NCBI GenBank assembly: GCA_037441845.1
Contig: JBBIRK010000001.1
Location: forward strand, 224,001 to 288,000
Direction of reading: 5' to 3'
DNA from: Candidatus Zixiibacteriota bacterium
GTDB taxonomy: Bacteria; Zixibacteria; MSB-5A5; UBA10806; 4484-95
DNA: 64,000 nt
Position numbers and translations under genes: made by a program. Positions 49,670 to 59,363 of the stretch are shown here, one piece after another; the first letter of the stretch is position 1; every line of letters begins with the position of its first letter. The notes beneath the pieces were generated by a model. That model ran no database searches, was not told the DNA's origin, and saw only the letters and a list, made by a program, of their open reading frames with translations.

Positions 49670-50239
49670 CTATCGCAGCCTCTCCGCAATTTTCGCTGCG
49701 GCGACATGAGGCTCGGTGATAAAAGAATCGATCACCAGCATGGGGTTCTTCTCCTCATAATATTTTTCACCCATACCGGCCAGCTTCAATTCACCCTGCA
49801 GTGCGCGCTGATAAAGATCGATAATATCCGCTTTGTCGGTTCTATGTTGCTCACGCCGAATACATTCCTCGAGAGGGCATTCGATCGTCACTACACCGAA
49901 ATTCTGGATGTTTTCGTGGCAAAGCCGCCTACCCTCCCCTTGACCGTCAACCGAATCGATCAGTGCATTGATACCGTAGCTGTTGAGAAGGATCGAAGAA
50001 AATACCGCCGCTCGGTAGACAAACCCTTTTTCCTCTTTCGAAAACGTCGGATTTGGGGTCAAAAACTGCCTCATATCGTCAAGTCGAAGATAATGACAGG
50101 TGATCGAACGCCCGGCAAGGATTTTCAGAAGCTCTTTGGAAATGGTGGTCTTGCCGGAACCGGAAAGCCCCGTTATCCAGAGAGTCCAGGGCTGTTCCAG
50201 AAAAAGGGGACCAGCCTTTTCCGCCGCATTCTCCACCAT
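49670..50239 (-). CDS. Adenylyl-sulfate kinase-like P-loop kinase
   Basis: LWITGLSGSGKTT, CPLEECIRRE and LYQRALQGE resemble CysC; divergent at the LDGD motif. Confidence 0.75.
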   Translation of the reverse strand: MVENAAEKAGPLFLEQPWTLWITGLSGSGKTTISKELLKILAGRSITCHYLRLDDMRQFLTPNPTFSKEEKGFVYRAAVFSSILLNSYGINALIDSVDGQGEGRRLCHENIQNFGVVTIECPLEECIRREQHRTDKADIIDLYQRALQGELKLAGMGEKYYEEKNPMLVIDSFITEPHVAAAKIAERLR

Positions 50240-50541
50240 TATAACTATAATATAAATTTGGCCTCTGTCAAGGATTTTACATGTTTAGGTCTATTATCGA
50301 CAACCCTACTGCGGCTCGCTAAATCATGGAGTCAACAAGACCGTTTCAGCCGGCTTAAGTTTTGGGTTTTTGATTCGGGTCACTTGCATCAAAGAAAGCA
50401 AATCCCCAATAAAACAACGCGCGGAATCGGCGATGATGATTTAATCACTTGATTACTCGACCCGACAGCTTGTACATTCGCCCGGTAACAACTTGAAACG
50501 AAAGGACTCGAAGATTGCTATGGTATTGATTCGGTATTGAC

Positions 50542-51799
50542 ATGGAAGGATCGCTCGTAGTCATTTTTATCGGCGCATTGGTACTGCTGGCTCACGGTTT
50601 CGTGACGTTATCCTCGAAAACGCGAATACCCGACGTCCTGTTTCTCATCGTCATCGGGATTGCGGTCGGGCCCTAGTTGCATTTGGTGTCGCCCCGTGAT
50701 TTCGGGCATGTCGGACAGATATTCACTATGATTGTCCTGGTGCTAATACTTTTCGAGGGTGGTCTCGAACTGCGGCTGAACGATTTTATAAAATCGTTCC
50801 GCGACATTACATCTTGACCTTAATGAGCTATGTTGTAAGCGCCATATTGATTCTTCTGGTCATAATCTGGCTTTCCGATCTCAATTTGATCGAATCATTC
50901 TATTTGGCCGCCGACTTGTCCGGGCCGGCGCCATCCGTCGCGATTCCCATAATCAGAAACCTTGACCTGAAACGTTTCGCTCGTGTCACGATAACCACCG
51001 AATCGGCGCTGGGCGAAACCCTTTCGATTCTTATGGCTTTGGCGATTCTCGACTGGTTGAGGTTGCCGAATGTGGATTATGGGAAAATGGTCGGGGCCTT
51101 ATTTTCATCGTTCGCTTTGGCGCTTGCTATCGGTGCCGCCTGCGGGTTCTTGTGGTCATTGCTCTTGACCAAGGTGCGTCAGCTGAAAAACGCCATGTTC
51201 ACCACGCCCGCCGTCGTCTTCATCGTGTATGGAGTCTGCGATTTCGTAGGCTACAGCGGACCGGTCGCCGCACTGGCTTTCGGCATAACCATAGGAAATG
51301 CGTCGTCAATTTCACTTCCGCAAATCTCACATAAAATAAATCTGAATCCGATTCATCTCAATGAGCCCGAAAAAATGTTTCTGGCGGAGATTGTATTCCT
51401 GGCCAAGACGTTTTTCTTCGTTTATTTGGGATTATCGCTTGAATTCACGTCGCCCAATTTACTGATTCTTGCAATCGCGCTGACCGTGACCCTGCTATTT
51501 GCTCGGACACTTGCCGTCAGACTCTCAATCCGAAGACATATAATGCCAGCCGAGGATGCCGCCGTCGTTGCAGCGCTCGTACCTAAAGGTTTGGCCGCAG
51601 CCGTTCTGGCGATACTGTTTGCGGAATCAGCGCTTTATGAGGGTGAAACGGTTCAAAAATCATCTATGGCACCATAATGGTAAGTATCGTCGTTTCTTCA
51701 GCGATGATTTCAATCCTTCGCACCGCAGCCGGGTCCTCGCTCGCGGAACTGATATTCAGGAAATTCGGAAGTGCCCGTGAGAACGGGGAATATGAATGA
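50542..51799 (+). pseudogene. Disrupted cation:proton antiporter (CPA1/NhaP-like)
   Basis: ATG 50542 reads MEGSLVV...RIPDVLFLIVIGIAVGP, then an in-frame TAG at 50674-50676, then continues to LILFEGGLEL. Frameshift near 50810 into the 287-aa ORF (ES..., FFFVYLG, PKGLAAAVLA). A second frameshift near 51657 continues IIYGTIMVSIVVSS to TGA at 51797-51799. Confidence 0.85.
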
Positions 51800-51864
51800 C
51801 CCCGTCATGAAAACGAAAGCACAAGCCATATAGCCTTGCGTTGAGAAAGTAAACAAACCGACTG

Positions 51865-52158
51865 CTTCTTCCGCCTCACCGCAGGACAAGAGGTCAAAAT
51901 CGGCAAGGCGCTGCTGGTGAAATAGACTATCGGCGGCTGCACAATCGGCTTGACACAAAGGATAATGATTTTATATTCAGGACAGAGGTCAGGTCATTAC
52001 TCATGAGGGGCGCCATGGTCGGCCAAATCGGATTCGTAAGAGAAGTGTTTAGAACGACGCCCGATTATAGACTACCCCCCCACGATCAGCAAGCTCGTTT
52101 GACATCTTAAATAAATCGCCTCCGCTGTTTCCTCCTCGGAAATCAATGGTTCATGGAA
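51865..52158 (+). repeat. 294-bp direct repeat, copy 1 (copy 2 at 54908-55201)
   Basis: Identical by eye from cttcttccgcctcaccgcagg to ggttcatggaa; offset 3043 bp. Confidence 0.95.
51950..51977 (+). promoter_or_regulatory. Candidate sigma70 promoter inside the repeat (also at 54993-55020)
   Basis: TTGACA-N16-TATATT. Confidence 0.6.
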
Positions 52159-52185
52159 CGACGACCAAAGGAGGAAGGAGAAAAT

Positions 52186-52605
52186 ATGTTTTACCGAACA
52201 TTTCTTATGATGGTCATCCTGTCAGGAACGATAGTCATTTACCACAAGTCAGCCTACGGTCAATGCAAGTCCGCCGATTCGATCGTGGCGCAAAATGATA
52301 ATTACCTGCCAATTCAAAATAACAGTTTCGACCCCTGCGTTACTTGGCTGAAATGGGATGTCTGGTTTACCAGGAATGAAGTTGAGGGGAGAACCGTAAT
52401 AACATTCGAGATCCATGGTCACTCGGATGTCTATGAGTCATACGATTCGGCCGAAATTCCGCCGGGCGACTACCACTTTGGGGAAACAAAATACATTGGT
52501 TCAAGCAATTCGGAGCGGCTGTATATGGGACGAAGCGGTGATAATGAGATCAGATTCATCAATATCAAAGGGAAAGCCGCCTTCTTCGCAATTCAGGGTG
52601 ATTAA
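52186..52605 (+). CDS. Small secreted hypothetical protein
   Basis: ATG 52186 after AAGGAG; hydrophobic N-terminus ending AYG-Q; beta-rich. Confidence 0.6.
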   Translation: MFYRTFLMMVILSGTIVIYHKSAYGQCKSADSIVAQNDNYLPIQNNSFDPCVTWLKWDVWFTRNEVEGRTVITFEIHGHSDVYESYDSAEIPPGDYHFGETKYIGSSNSERLYMGRSGDNEIRFINIKGKAAFFAIQGD

Positions 52606-52610
52606 AGGTC

Positions 52611-54968
52611 ATGACAATGCCGTTGCAAATTATTAAACTCCTTAGCAATCCCAGTCGTGTTTTCTTCGGAATTTATTTCCGGCGGCCTCGATTCATTTCA
52701 CTGGTTATTTCGCTGCTATGTAATGTTACAGCCGCTATTGCCCAGGGCAACGTTTGGCATTCGCTCGGTCCGCCGGGCGGTTCGATAATGGCGATCGCAA
52801 TTCATCCTCAGAACAACCGGAATCTATTGGTCGGAACCGTAAATAATCCGCACGCATTCCATTCCGAAAATCAAGGCGAAAGTTGGAGCAGATTCAGGAA
52901 TTACCCATGTTCGTTATCTGCGGCAAGAATAATAGTGCACCACCCATTTTCACCCGACACGGTTTTCATGGCATCACTCCACGGCATGTTTAGGTTGATC
53001 ATCAGCCAGGACAGCTGGCAATTACTTGTTCCCCCCGGTTATCCTTACAACGAAATCCGGGCATTGGCGGTTCATCCTCGATTTCCGAACATCATATTCG
53101 CGGGCGGTCCGTTCGGCAACAAGTGGCGTTCCACCGATGGCGGCGTCAGTTGGACCGAACTCTATACCTCGGGCAGAACCATCGGTATCGATGACTTCGC
53201 TATCGATCCAATAAACGACAGCGTCGCCTATTTCGTCAGCGGTTCCATGATATACCGGCTGGGCGTATGGAAAACAACCGACTTGGGCCAATCCTGGTTC
53301 TGCATTCACAACAATATGGACACGCTCGGCTTCGGTGAAGCGGTAACCGTCGATCCGGTTGATCCGCAAACTGTATATGTCACCAAGAACTCGATTCAAT
53401 GGTCGGGAGTCGAATGCGTCTATAAATCGACCGATGGCGGCGCCAGCTGGAGGGGAATTACTCCTCAGCAATTGAATTATCGCGATGTCAACGATATCGA
53501 TGTGTTACCCTCGGATCATAATCTTCTTTTCATATGCACGGCCAATGAGGGGGTATTCAAAAGCACCGATGGCGGCCAGAGCTGGAGGGCGGTGAATACT
53601 GGGCTGAATGTAACAACGACCAAGACGATCGAGATAGACACCGCTGGCGGCATAATCTATCTGGGAACCTATTACGACGGCATTCATAAATCCACCGATT
53701 TTGGGGAAACCTGGCAGAAGATAAGTCAGAATATCAATCTTTCGGGTTTCCGGGATATTGCATTCCACCCCCAGGATTCAAGTCGCTTTTATATTTTGGG
53801 AATGGCCAGCTATCTTACGAATGATCTCGGTTTGAATTGGTCTCTTTTCGTTCCCGACGTCGGGCCGCTTCAATTTTTGACCGGTATCGAGATAAATAGA
53901 GCGGATCCGAACAACATCTACCTGAGCACTAGCGATATTTCCGAATATAGTCGGGTCGGGCATCCCGGTTTTTATTATTCGAGCGATTGCGGAATGACCT
54001 GGCAACGGCGGATAACCGGTTTACCGGTGGATTCGAGCTGTTTTAACCTGCGGATTTCTTACGCAGCGGATGGAGGACGGAGATTATTTCTGTCCTCCAT
54101 CAGAAACATCTATTTTTCGGATAATGAGGGTCTTACCTGGCAGAGATGCCCCGGTAGCCTGCCCACGGACCGGTTTTTTGAGACAATAGAAGTGTCGAAC
54201 GCCGATTACCGAATGGTCGCAACGGTGACATCCTACTGTTATCTATATCTTTCGACGGATAGAGGACAGAGTTGGAATCTGATATTTTTGCCATCCGGGA
54301 CCGCCTATTTCAATGACTTGGCTATGGATCCACTCGATTCCAGGGTCATTTATCTGAGCGGCGATCCTTTCGGGCTCGTGAAAACGACCGATCGGGGAGT
54401 AAGTTGGGATACTATCGCAACCGAACTACCGCATCTGAATTCTCGAGCAATTAATGCAATCACCATCAATCCCTTAAATAATCTAAACCTGTTCGTTACA
54501 AATTTCCCCTTCGGCGTGTTTGGATCCAATGACGGTGGTATTTCATGGTATGCATACAATGCAGGATTCGACACGAAAATTGGCGGAACTGTTATGACTT
54601 TTGTGCCCGGAGACACAACCACAATCATTCTTCCCTCGAGCAGTCAATCCGTCTGGTCCATCACCCGCACAGCCACATCGATCGACGACGATTCCAACCT
54701 CCCCGCGCAGATTACCCTCCACCCCAACTACCCCAACCCCTTCAACACCGCCACCACATTCGGCTTCTCGCTCCCAAGGGTGATGTCGGTATCACTCGAC
54801 ATCTACGATATCCTCGGCCGCAAGGTGGTGCGCCTGTTCGAAGGGACAAGTTCACCAGGCGAACACTCGATCCGCTGGGATGCCTCAGGCATGTCATCAG
54901 GTATCTACTTCTTCCGCCTCACCGCAGGACAAGAGGTCAAAATCGGCAAGGCGCTGCTGGTGAAATAG
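52611..54968 (+). CDS. BNR/Asp-box beta-propeller protein with C-terminal T9SS-type A/FlgD-like sorting domain
   Basis: Many SxDxGxxW repeats; C-terminal NYPNPFN...IYDILGRKV...WDASGMSSGIYFFRL...K. Confidence 0.88.
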   Translation: MTMPLQIIKLLSNPSRVFFGIYFRRPRFISLVISLLCNVTAAIAQGNVWHSLGPPGGSIMAIAIHPQNNRNLLVGTVNNPHAFHSENQGESWSRFRNYPCSLSAARIIVHHPFSPDTVFMASLHGMFRLIISQDSWQLLVPPGYPYNEIRALAVHPRFPNIIFAGGPFGNKWRSTDGGVSWTELYTSGRTIGIDDFAIDPINDSVAYFVSGSMIYRLGVWKTTDLGQSWFCIHNNMDTLGFGEAVTVDPVDPQTVYVTKNSIQWSGVECVYKSTDGGASWRGITPQQLNYRDVNDIDVLPSDHNLLFICTANEGVFKSTDGGQSWRAVNTGLNVTTTKTIEIDTAGGIIYLGTYYDGIHKSTDFGETWQKISQNINLSGFRDIAFHPQDSSRFYILGMASYLTNDLGLNWSLFVPDVGPLQFLTGIEINRADPNNIYLSTSDISEYSRVGHPGFYYSSDCGMTWQRRITGLPVDSSCFNLRISYAADGGRRLFLSSIRNIYFSDNEGLTWQRCPGSLPTDRFFETIEVSNADYRMVATVTSYCYLYLSTDRGQSWNLIFLPSGTAYFNDLAMDPLDSRVIYLSGDPFGLVKTTDRGVSWDTIATELPHLNSRAINAITINPLNNLNLFVTNFPFGVFGSNDGGISWYAYNAGFDTKIGGTVMTFVPGDTTTIILPSSSQSVWSITRTATSIDDDSNLPAQITLHPNYPNPFNTATTFGFSLPRVMSVSLDIYDILGRKVVRLFEGTSSPGEHSIRWDASGMSSGIYFFRLTAGQEVKIGKALLVK
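54648..54928 (+). repeat. CTD-coding repeat shared with 57649-57929
   Basis: High nucleotide similarity, e.g. acatcgatcgacgacgattcca and gggatgcctcaggcatgtcatcaggtatctacttct, while the upstream propeller regions are much more diverged. Confidence 0.9.
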
Positions 54969-55201
54969 ACTATCGGCGGCTGCACAATCGGCTTGACACA
55001 AAGGATAATGATTTTATATTCAGGACAGAGGTCAGGTCATTACTCATGAGGGGCGCCATGGTCGGCCAAATCGGATTCGTAAGAGAAGTGTTTAGAACGA
55101 CGCCCGATTATAGACTACCCCCCCACGATCAGCAAGCTCGTTTGACATCTTAAATAAATCGCCTCCGCTGTTTCCTCCTCGGAAATCAATGGTTCATGGA
55201 A
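54908..55201 (+). repeat. 294-bp direct repeat, copy 2
   Basis: Covers the last about 20 codons of 52611-54968 plus the following intergenic leader. Confidence 0.95.
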
Positions 55202-55223
55202 AACAATGCAATGGAGGAGAAAA

Positions 55224-55628
55224 ATGAGAATTCCACGATTTTTTCTGATTATCGCAACGGTGGCTGTGTTGTATATGCCGTTGTCAGGGCAACAGGTCGA
55301 GCATATGCCTCTGGAAGTGGAAAGCCAATACGAACTTCCAAAGATGACGGAGCAATACTCGCCGGTCGGTAATTGGTTTGATTGGACATTCGGATTTACC
55401 GTATTTTCAGACAATGATGCAACAATTAGTATTCAAGTAGTCCAATCAGACCTATTTCGAGAGATCCGTTCAAGGAGCTTTGGCCCTGGCCAATACACTA
55501 TCACTGACAGAAACTTTACCGGCAACGGAATGGACCGTCTCAAGATCGGGATTGGGGTCGGTTCTTATCCAGAAGTATTTTCCGACATGAAGTTCGATGT
55601 CTATTATTTTTGCGACCAAGAGAAGTGA
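55224..55628 (+). CDS. Small secreted hypothetical protein
   Basis: ATG 55224 after GGAGGAG; signal peptide MRIPRFFLIIATVAVLYMPLSG-Q; same position in the unit as 52186-52605. Confidence 0.6.
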   Translation: MRIPRFFLIIATVAVLYMPLSGQQVEHMPLEVESQYELPKMTEQYSPVGNWFDWTFGFTVFSDNDATISIQVVQSDLFREIRSRSFGPGQYTITDRNFTGNGMDRLKIGIGVGSYPEVFSDMKFDVYYFCDQEK

Positions 55629-55674
55629 GCTTAAACCTCCGTCTTATTTACGTTGGTGTTTAAGGAAGCAAGCA

Positions 55675-57969
55675 ATGCAAGATTATAAATTATCAATTGC
55701 GGCTGTTGCCGTTATTGTCCTGGGAGGTTTATCGCCGCTTGCCGCCGACCCAAATAGTTGGGAAACGAACGGGCCGTTCAATGCGCGGGTCATCACGATC
55801 GAAATACACCCAAACAATAACCGGTTCATCTTTTCCGGCACGATCGAGGGAGGAGTGTATAAGAGTGAAAACGGCGGCTTAAGCTGGCAACATGTGGACG
55901 ATTCGATTCTGGAGAAGACCACAAGAGTTATCAAGTTCCATCCCTGTGCGCCGGATACGGTATTCCTAACAACGGTAAGAGGAATCTTCAGAAGCAACGA
56001 TTGTGGTTTAACCTGGAGCAGGCTGGATCTGCCATTCGGAGACCAAAACGAATATACCAACTTCGCCATTAATCCTTTTAATCCGCAGATAATGATGGCA
56101 GGTTCGTGGGGATATATCCTCAAATCGACTGACGGCGGCAATTATTGGGACTTACTTGACATACCGTACCATATCGAGGATATGGAATTCGATCCATTCG
56201 ATTCCAACACGGTATATGCGGCCACGCATGCCGCTGCTACCGGGAAATCGGTAATTAAAAGCACGGATTTGGGAGTGACTTGGCAGATCATAGGCGGCAA
56301 TCTCGATAGCATATCTTATTCGACTGACCTGGACGTCGATCCTTATCGTCCCGGATGGTTATATTTATCGAGATCGGCTTCCAATCCTTCATATATAAGA
56401 TGCGTTTCCAAGACCACAAACGGCGGCGCCTATTGGATCGATATCACCCCGCCGGGGTTGACCCACGGCGATGCTGTCAGCATCACCATTTCTCACTCCG
56501 ATAGTAACACGATCTATTTATGCACTAATGGAGATGGCCTTTTCAGAAGCCGAGATGGGGGATTAAGCTGGGCAAGAATAAACGAGGGACTTTATGGGAA
56601 TAGGTTTGCCTGCGTGGTGGAAGATACGGTTTCCGACCTTTTGTATTTGGGAACGTACTTTGAGGGAATTTATCGTTCGACCGACGGCGGCGACAGCTGG
56701 GAGAAGATTAGCCAGGGAATCAACCAGACCGATTGTACCAGCATGGCGATCAATAGCCGGAACAACGATTCTGTTTACGTGGCTACTTTAGCGGGACTGT
56801 ATTTTTCTTCCGACGGCTGCCAAAATTGGCGATTTATCGATCCCCGACCAACCGGCTTATATGTCATCCCGACTTGTCTTTTGATCGATAAATACCACCC
56901 CGAGGTGATCTTCGTCGGCTATTCCGGTTATGATTTCCTTGGCAGAGGCGGGATCATCAAGTCAACAAACGGCGGGACTACATGGTTATCGGTTTCCCAT
57001 GGCCTTCCAATCAATGTCTCGGCGATTAAGCTGGTTCCGATATACGAGGGGTTTTCCCTGCGTTATCTACTTATGGCCGCTTCCCATGGACTGTTTAAAT
57101 CTGATAGTCAAGGAGACAATTGGGGACAATTGCCCACACCATTCCCGGAAAACTTCTTTATCGACCGGTTCGAGGTAAGCCAGGTTAATAGCGAATTAAT
57201 GTTTGCAATTGTGTCAACTTATACGGAGGGAACTATTGGTTATCGTTCGACCGATGGCGGAGCCAGCTGGCAGCGGCTGACAAACTATCCGGCCGGCGGC
57301 CGGCCCCTTGATTTCGTGTGTGACCCTGTTGATCCAAATATCGTCTATGCCAACTGGGGAATCGGCTTGGGAATATTCAGATCGACAGATAGAGGTGAGA
57401 GTTGGACCGATATTAATAACAACCTGCCGCGCCATCCCAGGTTTTACTATGTATCCGGGATAGCGGTGAACTCCCTTAATCCGCAGAATATAATAGCTGT
57501 CTCATTTGAACGGGGGTTTTACTTTTCCAATGATTGTGGTCAGAGCTGGCAGGAGTTGAACGAAGGATTAAGTCCTTATATTGGAATAACCGAGGCGATG
57601 TTCGCCCCGAACGACACGACGAAAATCTATCTTTTCACCCACGGCTTTTCCGTCTGGTCAATCACCCGCACGACCACATCGATCGACGACGATTCCAGCC
57701 TCCCAAAACATATCACCCTCCACCCCAACTATCCCAATCCCTTCAATACCACCACCGTTATCGGCTTCTCGCTCCCCAAGGCGATGCCGGTTTCACTCGA
57801 TATCTACGATATCCTCGGCCGCAAGGTGGTGCGCTTGTTCGAGGGGACAAGTTCACCCGGCGAACACTCGATCCCTTGGGATGCCTCAGGCATGTCATCA
57901 GGTATCTACTTCTATCGCCTCACCGCAGGGGATGACGTCAGAGTAGGCCAGGCGTTGCTGATGAAATAA
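55675..57969 (+). CDS. BNR/Asp-box beta-propeller protein with C-terminal T9SS-type A/FlgD-like sorting domain
   Basis: Likely ATG 55675 (MQDYKLSIAAVAVIVLGGLSPLAA signal), STDGG..W repeats, NYPNPFN CTD; paralogue of 52611-54968. Confidence 0.88.
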   Translation: MQDYKLSIAAVAVIVLGGLSPLAADPNSWETNGPFNARVITIEIHPNNNRFIFSGTIEGGVYKSENGGLSWQHVDDSILEKTTRVIKFHPCAPDTVFLTTVRGIFRSNDCGLTWSRLDLPFGDQNEYTNFAINPFNPQIMMAGSWGYILKSTDGGNYWDLLDIPYHIEDMEFDPFDSNTVYAATHAAATGKSVIKSTDLGVTWQIIGGNLDSISYSTDLDVDPYRPGWLYLSRSASNPSYIRCVSKTTNGGAYWIDITPPGLTHGDAVSITISHSDSNTIYLCTNGDGLFRSRDGGLSWARINEGLYGNRFACVVEDTVSDLLYLGTYFEGIYRSTDGGDSWEKISQGINQTDCTSMAINSRNNDSVYVATLAGLYFSSDGCQNWRFIDPRPTGLYVIPTCLLIDKYHPEVIFVGYSGYDFLGRGGIIKSTNGGTTWLSVSHGLPINVSAIKLVPIYEGFSLRYLLMAASHGLFKSDSQGDNWGQLPTPFPENFFIDRFEVSQVNSELMFAIVSTYTEGTIGYRSTDGGASWQRLTNYPAGGRPLDFVCDPVDPNIVYANWGIGLGIFRSTDRGESWTDINNNLPRHPRFYYVSGIAVNSLNPQNIIAVSFERGFYFSNDCGQSWQELNEGLSPYIGITEAMFAPNDTTKIYLFTHGFSVWSITRTTTSIDDDSSLPKHITLHPNYPNPFNTTTVIGFSLPKAMPVSLDIYDILGRKVVRLFEGTSSPGEHSIPWDASGMSSGIYFYRLTAGDDVRVGQALLMK

Positions 57970-58019
57970 GTTAACTATTTCCGTGCGGTAGCTTTCGTTC
58001 CTGACTCAACCGGCATGCT

Positions 58020-59363
58020 CTACTTTTCCGGATAACCATGATATAAATCCAGCAGCTCGAATCTGGCGAAATCTTTAACGAACGCAAGATTTATAATGCC
58101 GGTCGGGCCGTTGCGCTGTTTGCCGATTATTATTTCGGCCTCGCTGCCCAATTGTCCTTCATCGTTTCGCGGACGATGAATAAAAATAACGACGTCCGCA
58201 TCCTGTTCGATCGCGCCCGATTCCCGCAGATCCGACAATTGCGGGCGGGCGTCTTTGCCGCGCAGCTCCACCTGACGCGAAAGCTGCGACAGAGCGATGA
58301 CCGGCACTTTCAATTCGCGCGCCAGTGCTTTGAGCGATCGAGAGATGTATGAGATTTCCTGCTGGCGGTTTTCGACGTTTTGCGGCCCCTTTATTAATTG
58401 GAGATAATCGACAATTATCAGTGCAATGTCGTGGTGTGCCTTAAGGCGACGCGCCTTTGCCCGCATTTCAAGCATGGTGATGCTCGGCGAGTCATCGATA
58501 TAAATCGGCGATTCGGATAACGGCCCGACCGCATGAGCAAGTTCGCGCCATTGCTCGTCGGTGAGCCGGCCGTTGCGCATGTGATGCGATGAAACCCGCG
58601 CCCGGCTGCATAAAAGTCTTTGGGCCAGCTGCTCCTTCGACATCTCGAGCGAAAATACCACCACCGGCTGTTTTTTCTCCACCGCCGCATATTCGGCGAT
58701 ATTCATGCTGAACGCCGTCTTGCCCACCGAGGGGCGGCTGGCTATAACGATAAGATCCGACTTCTGAAATCCGGAAGTGAGTTTATCGAGTTCGTCGAAC
58801 CCCGACGGCAGACCGGTCACGAAACCTTCACGCTGCGTCAAATTCTCGATCATGTGGAAAGTTTCCGTCAGGATTTCGCCGATCGGCGTGAAAGCTCCCT
58901 TGAGCTTTTCTTCTTTGATCGCGAAAATCTCCTGCTCGGCCGAATCGAGCAGATCATCGACATTACGGTTGGGCTCATAAGCCCGGCTCAAAATCGACGA
59001 GGCGGCCTCTATCAATCGCTGCAGGGTCGACTTATCGAGAACAATTTTGGCATGATGTTGTACATTCGCGATACTCGGTGTCGCCTCGGTAAGTTCCGCC
59101 AGATAGGCGCGGCCGCCCACCTCCTCGAGCTGTCCGCGGCGGCTAAGTTCATCGGCCACCGTCACTATATCAGCCGGCTCGTTTCTGTCGAACATATCCA
59201 CCATCGCCCGAAATATCTTGCGATGAGCGGATTTGTAGAAATTGCTTTCCCCGACAATCTCGATCGCCGCATCGACCGCTTCCTTGGAAAGCAGCATCGC
59301 CCCCAGCACCGCCTGTTCGGCCTCAATAGATTGCGGCGGTATCTTTGCAGTTTGATCGGTCAT
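58020..59363 (-). CDS. dnaB: Replicative DNA helicase DnaB
   Basis: PPQSIEAEQAVLG, ASRPSVGKT, FSLEM, IVDYLQL, LSQLSR, SDLRESGAIEQDAD and KQRNGPTG; ATG 59363 overlaps the udg stop. Confidence 0.98.
   Translation of the reverse strand: MTDQTAKIPPQSIEAEQAVLGAMLLSKEAVDAAIEIVGESNFYKSAHRKIFRAMVDMFDRNEPADIVTVADELSRRGQLEEVGGRAYLAELTEATPSIANVQHHAKIVLDKSTLQRLIEAASSILSRAYEPNRNVDDLLDSAEQEIFAIKEEKLKGAFTPIGEILTETFHMIENLTQREGFVTGLPSGFDELDKLTSGFQKSDLIVIASRPSVGKTAFSMNIAEYAAVEKKQPVVVFSLEMSKEQLAQRLLCSRARVSSHHMRNGRLTDEQWRELAHAVGPLSESPIYIDDSPSITMLEMRAKARRLKAHHDIALIIVDYLQLIKGPQNVENRQQEISYISRSLKALARELKVPVIALSQLSRQVELRGKDARPQLSDLRESGAIEQDADVVIFIHRPRNDEGQLGSEAEIIIGKQRNGPTGIINLAFVKDFARFELLDLYHGYPEK

Noticed and set aside
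50674..50676. In-frame TAG as possible pyrrolysine or stop-codon reassignment
   Set aside because: The same gene also has two frameshifts, and TAG is used as a normal stop elsewhere (e.g. 54966-54968, 26449-26451).
54545..55153. 202-aa alternative-frame ORF over the CTD and repeat (similar ORF at 57534-57935)
   Set aside because: Off-frame by-product of the conserved CTD DNA; His/Pro/Arg-rich with no start signals.
51865..55201. Direct repeat as IS ends, prophage att sites, integron attC, DGR template or CRISPR
   Set aside because: No transposase, integrase, reverse transcriptase or cas gene in the window, no terminal inverted repeats, no adenine-specific mismatches, and no repeat-spacer periodicity.
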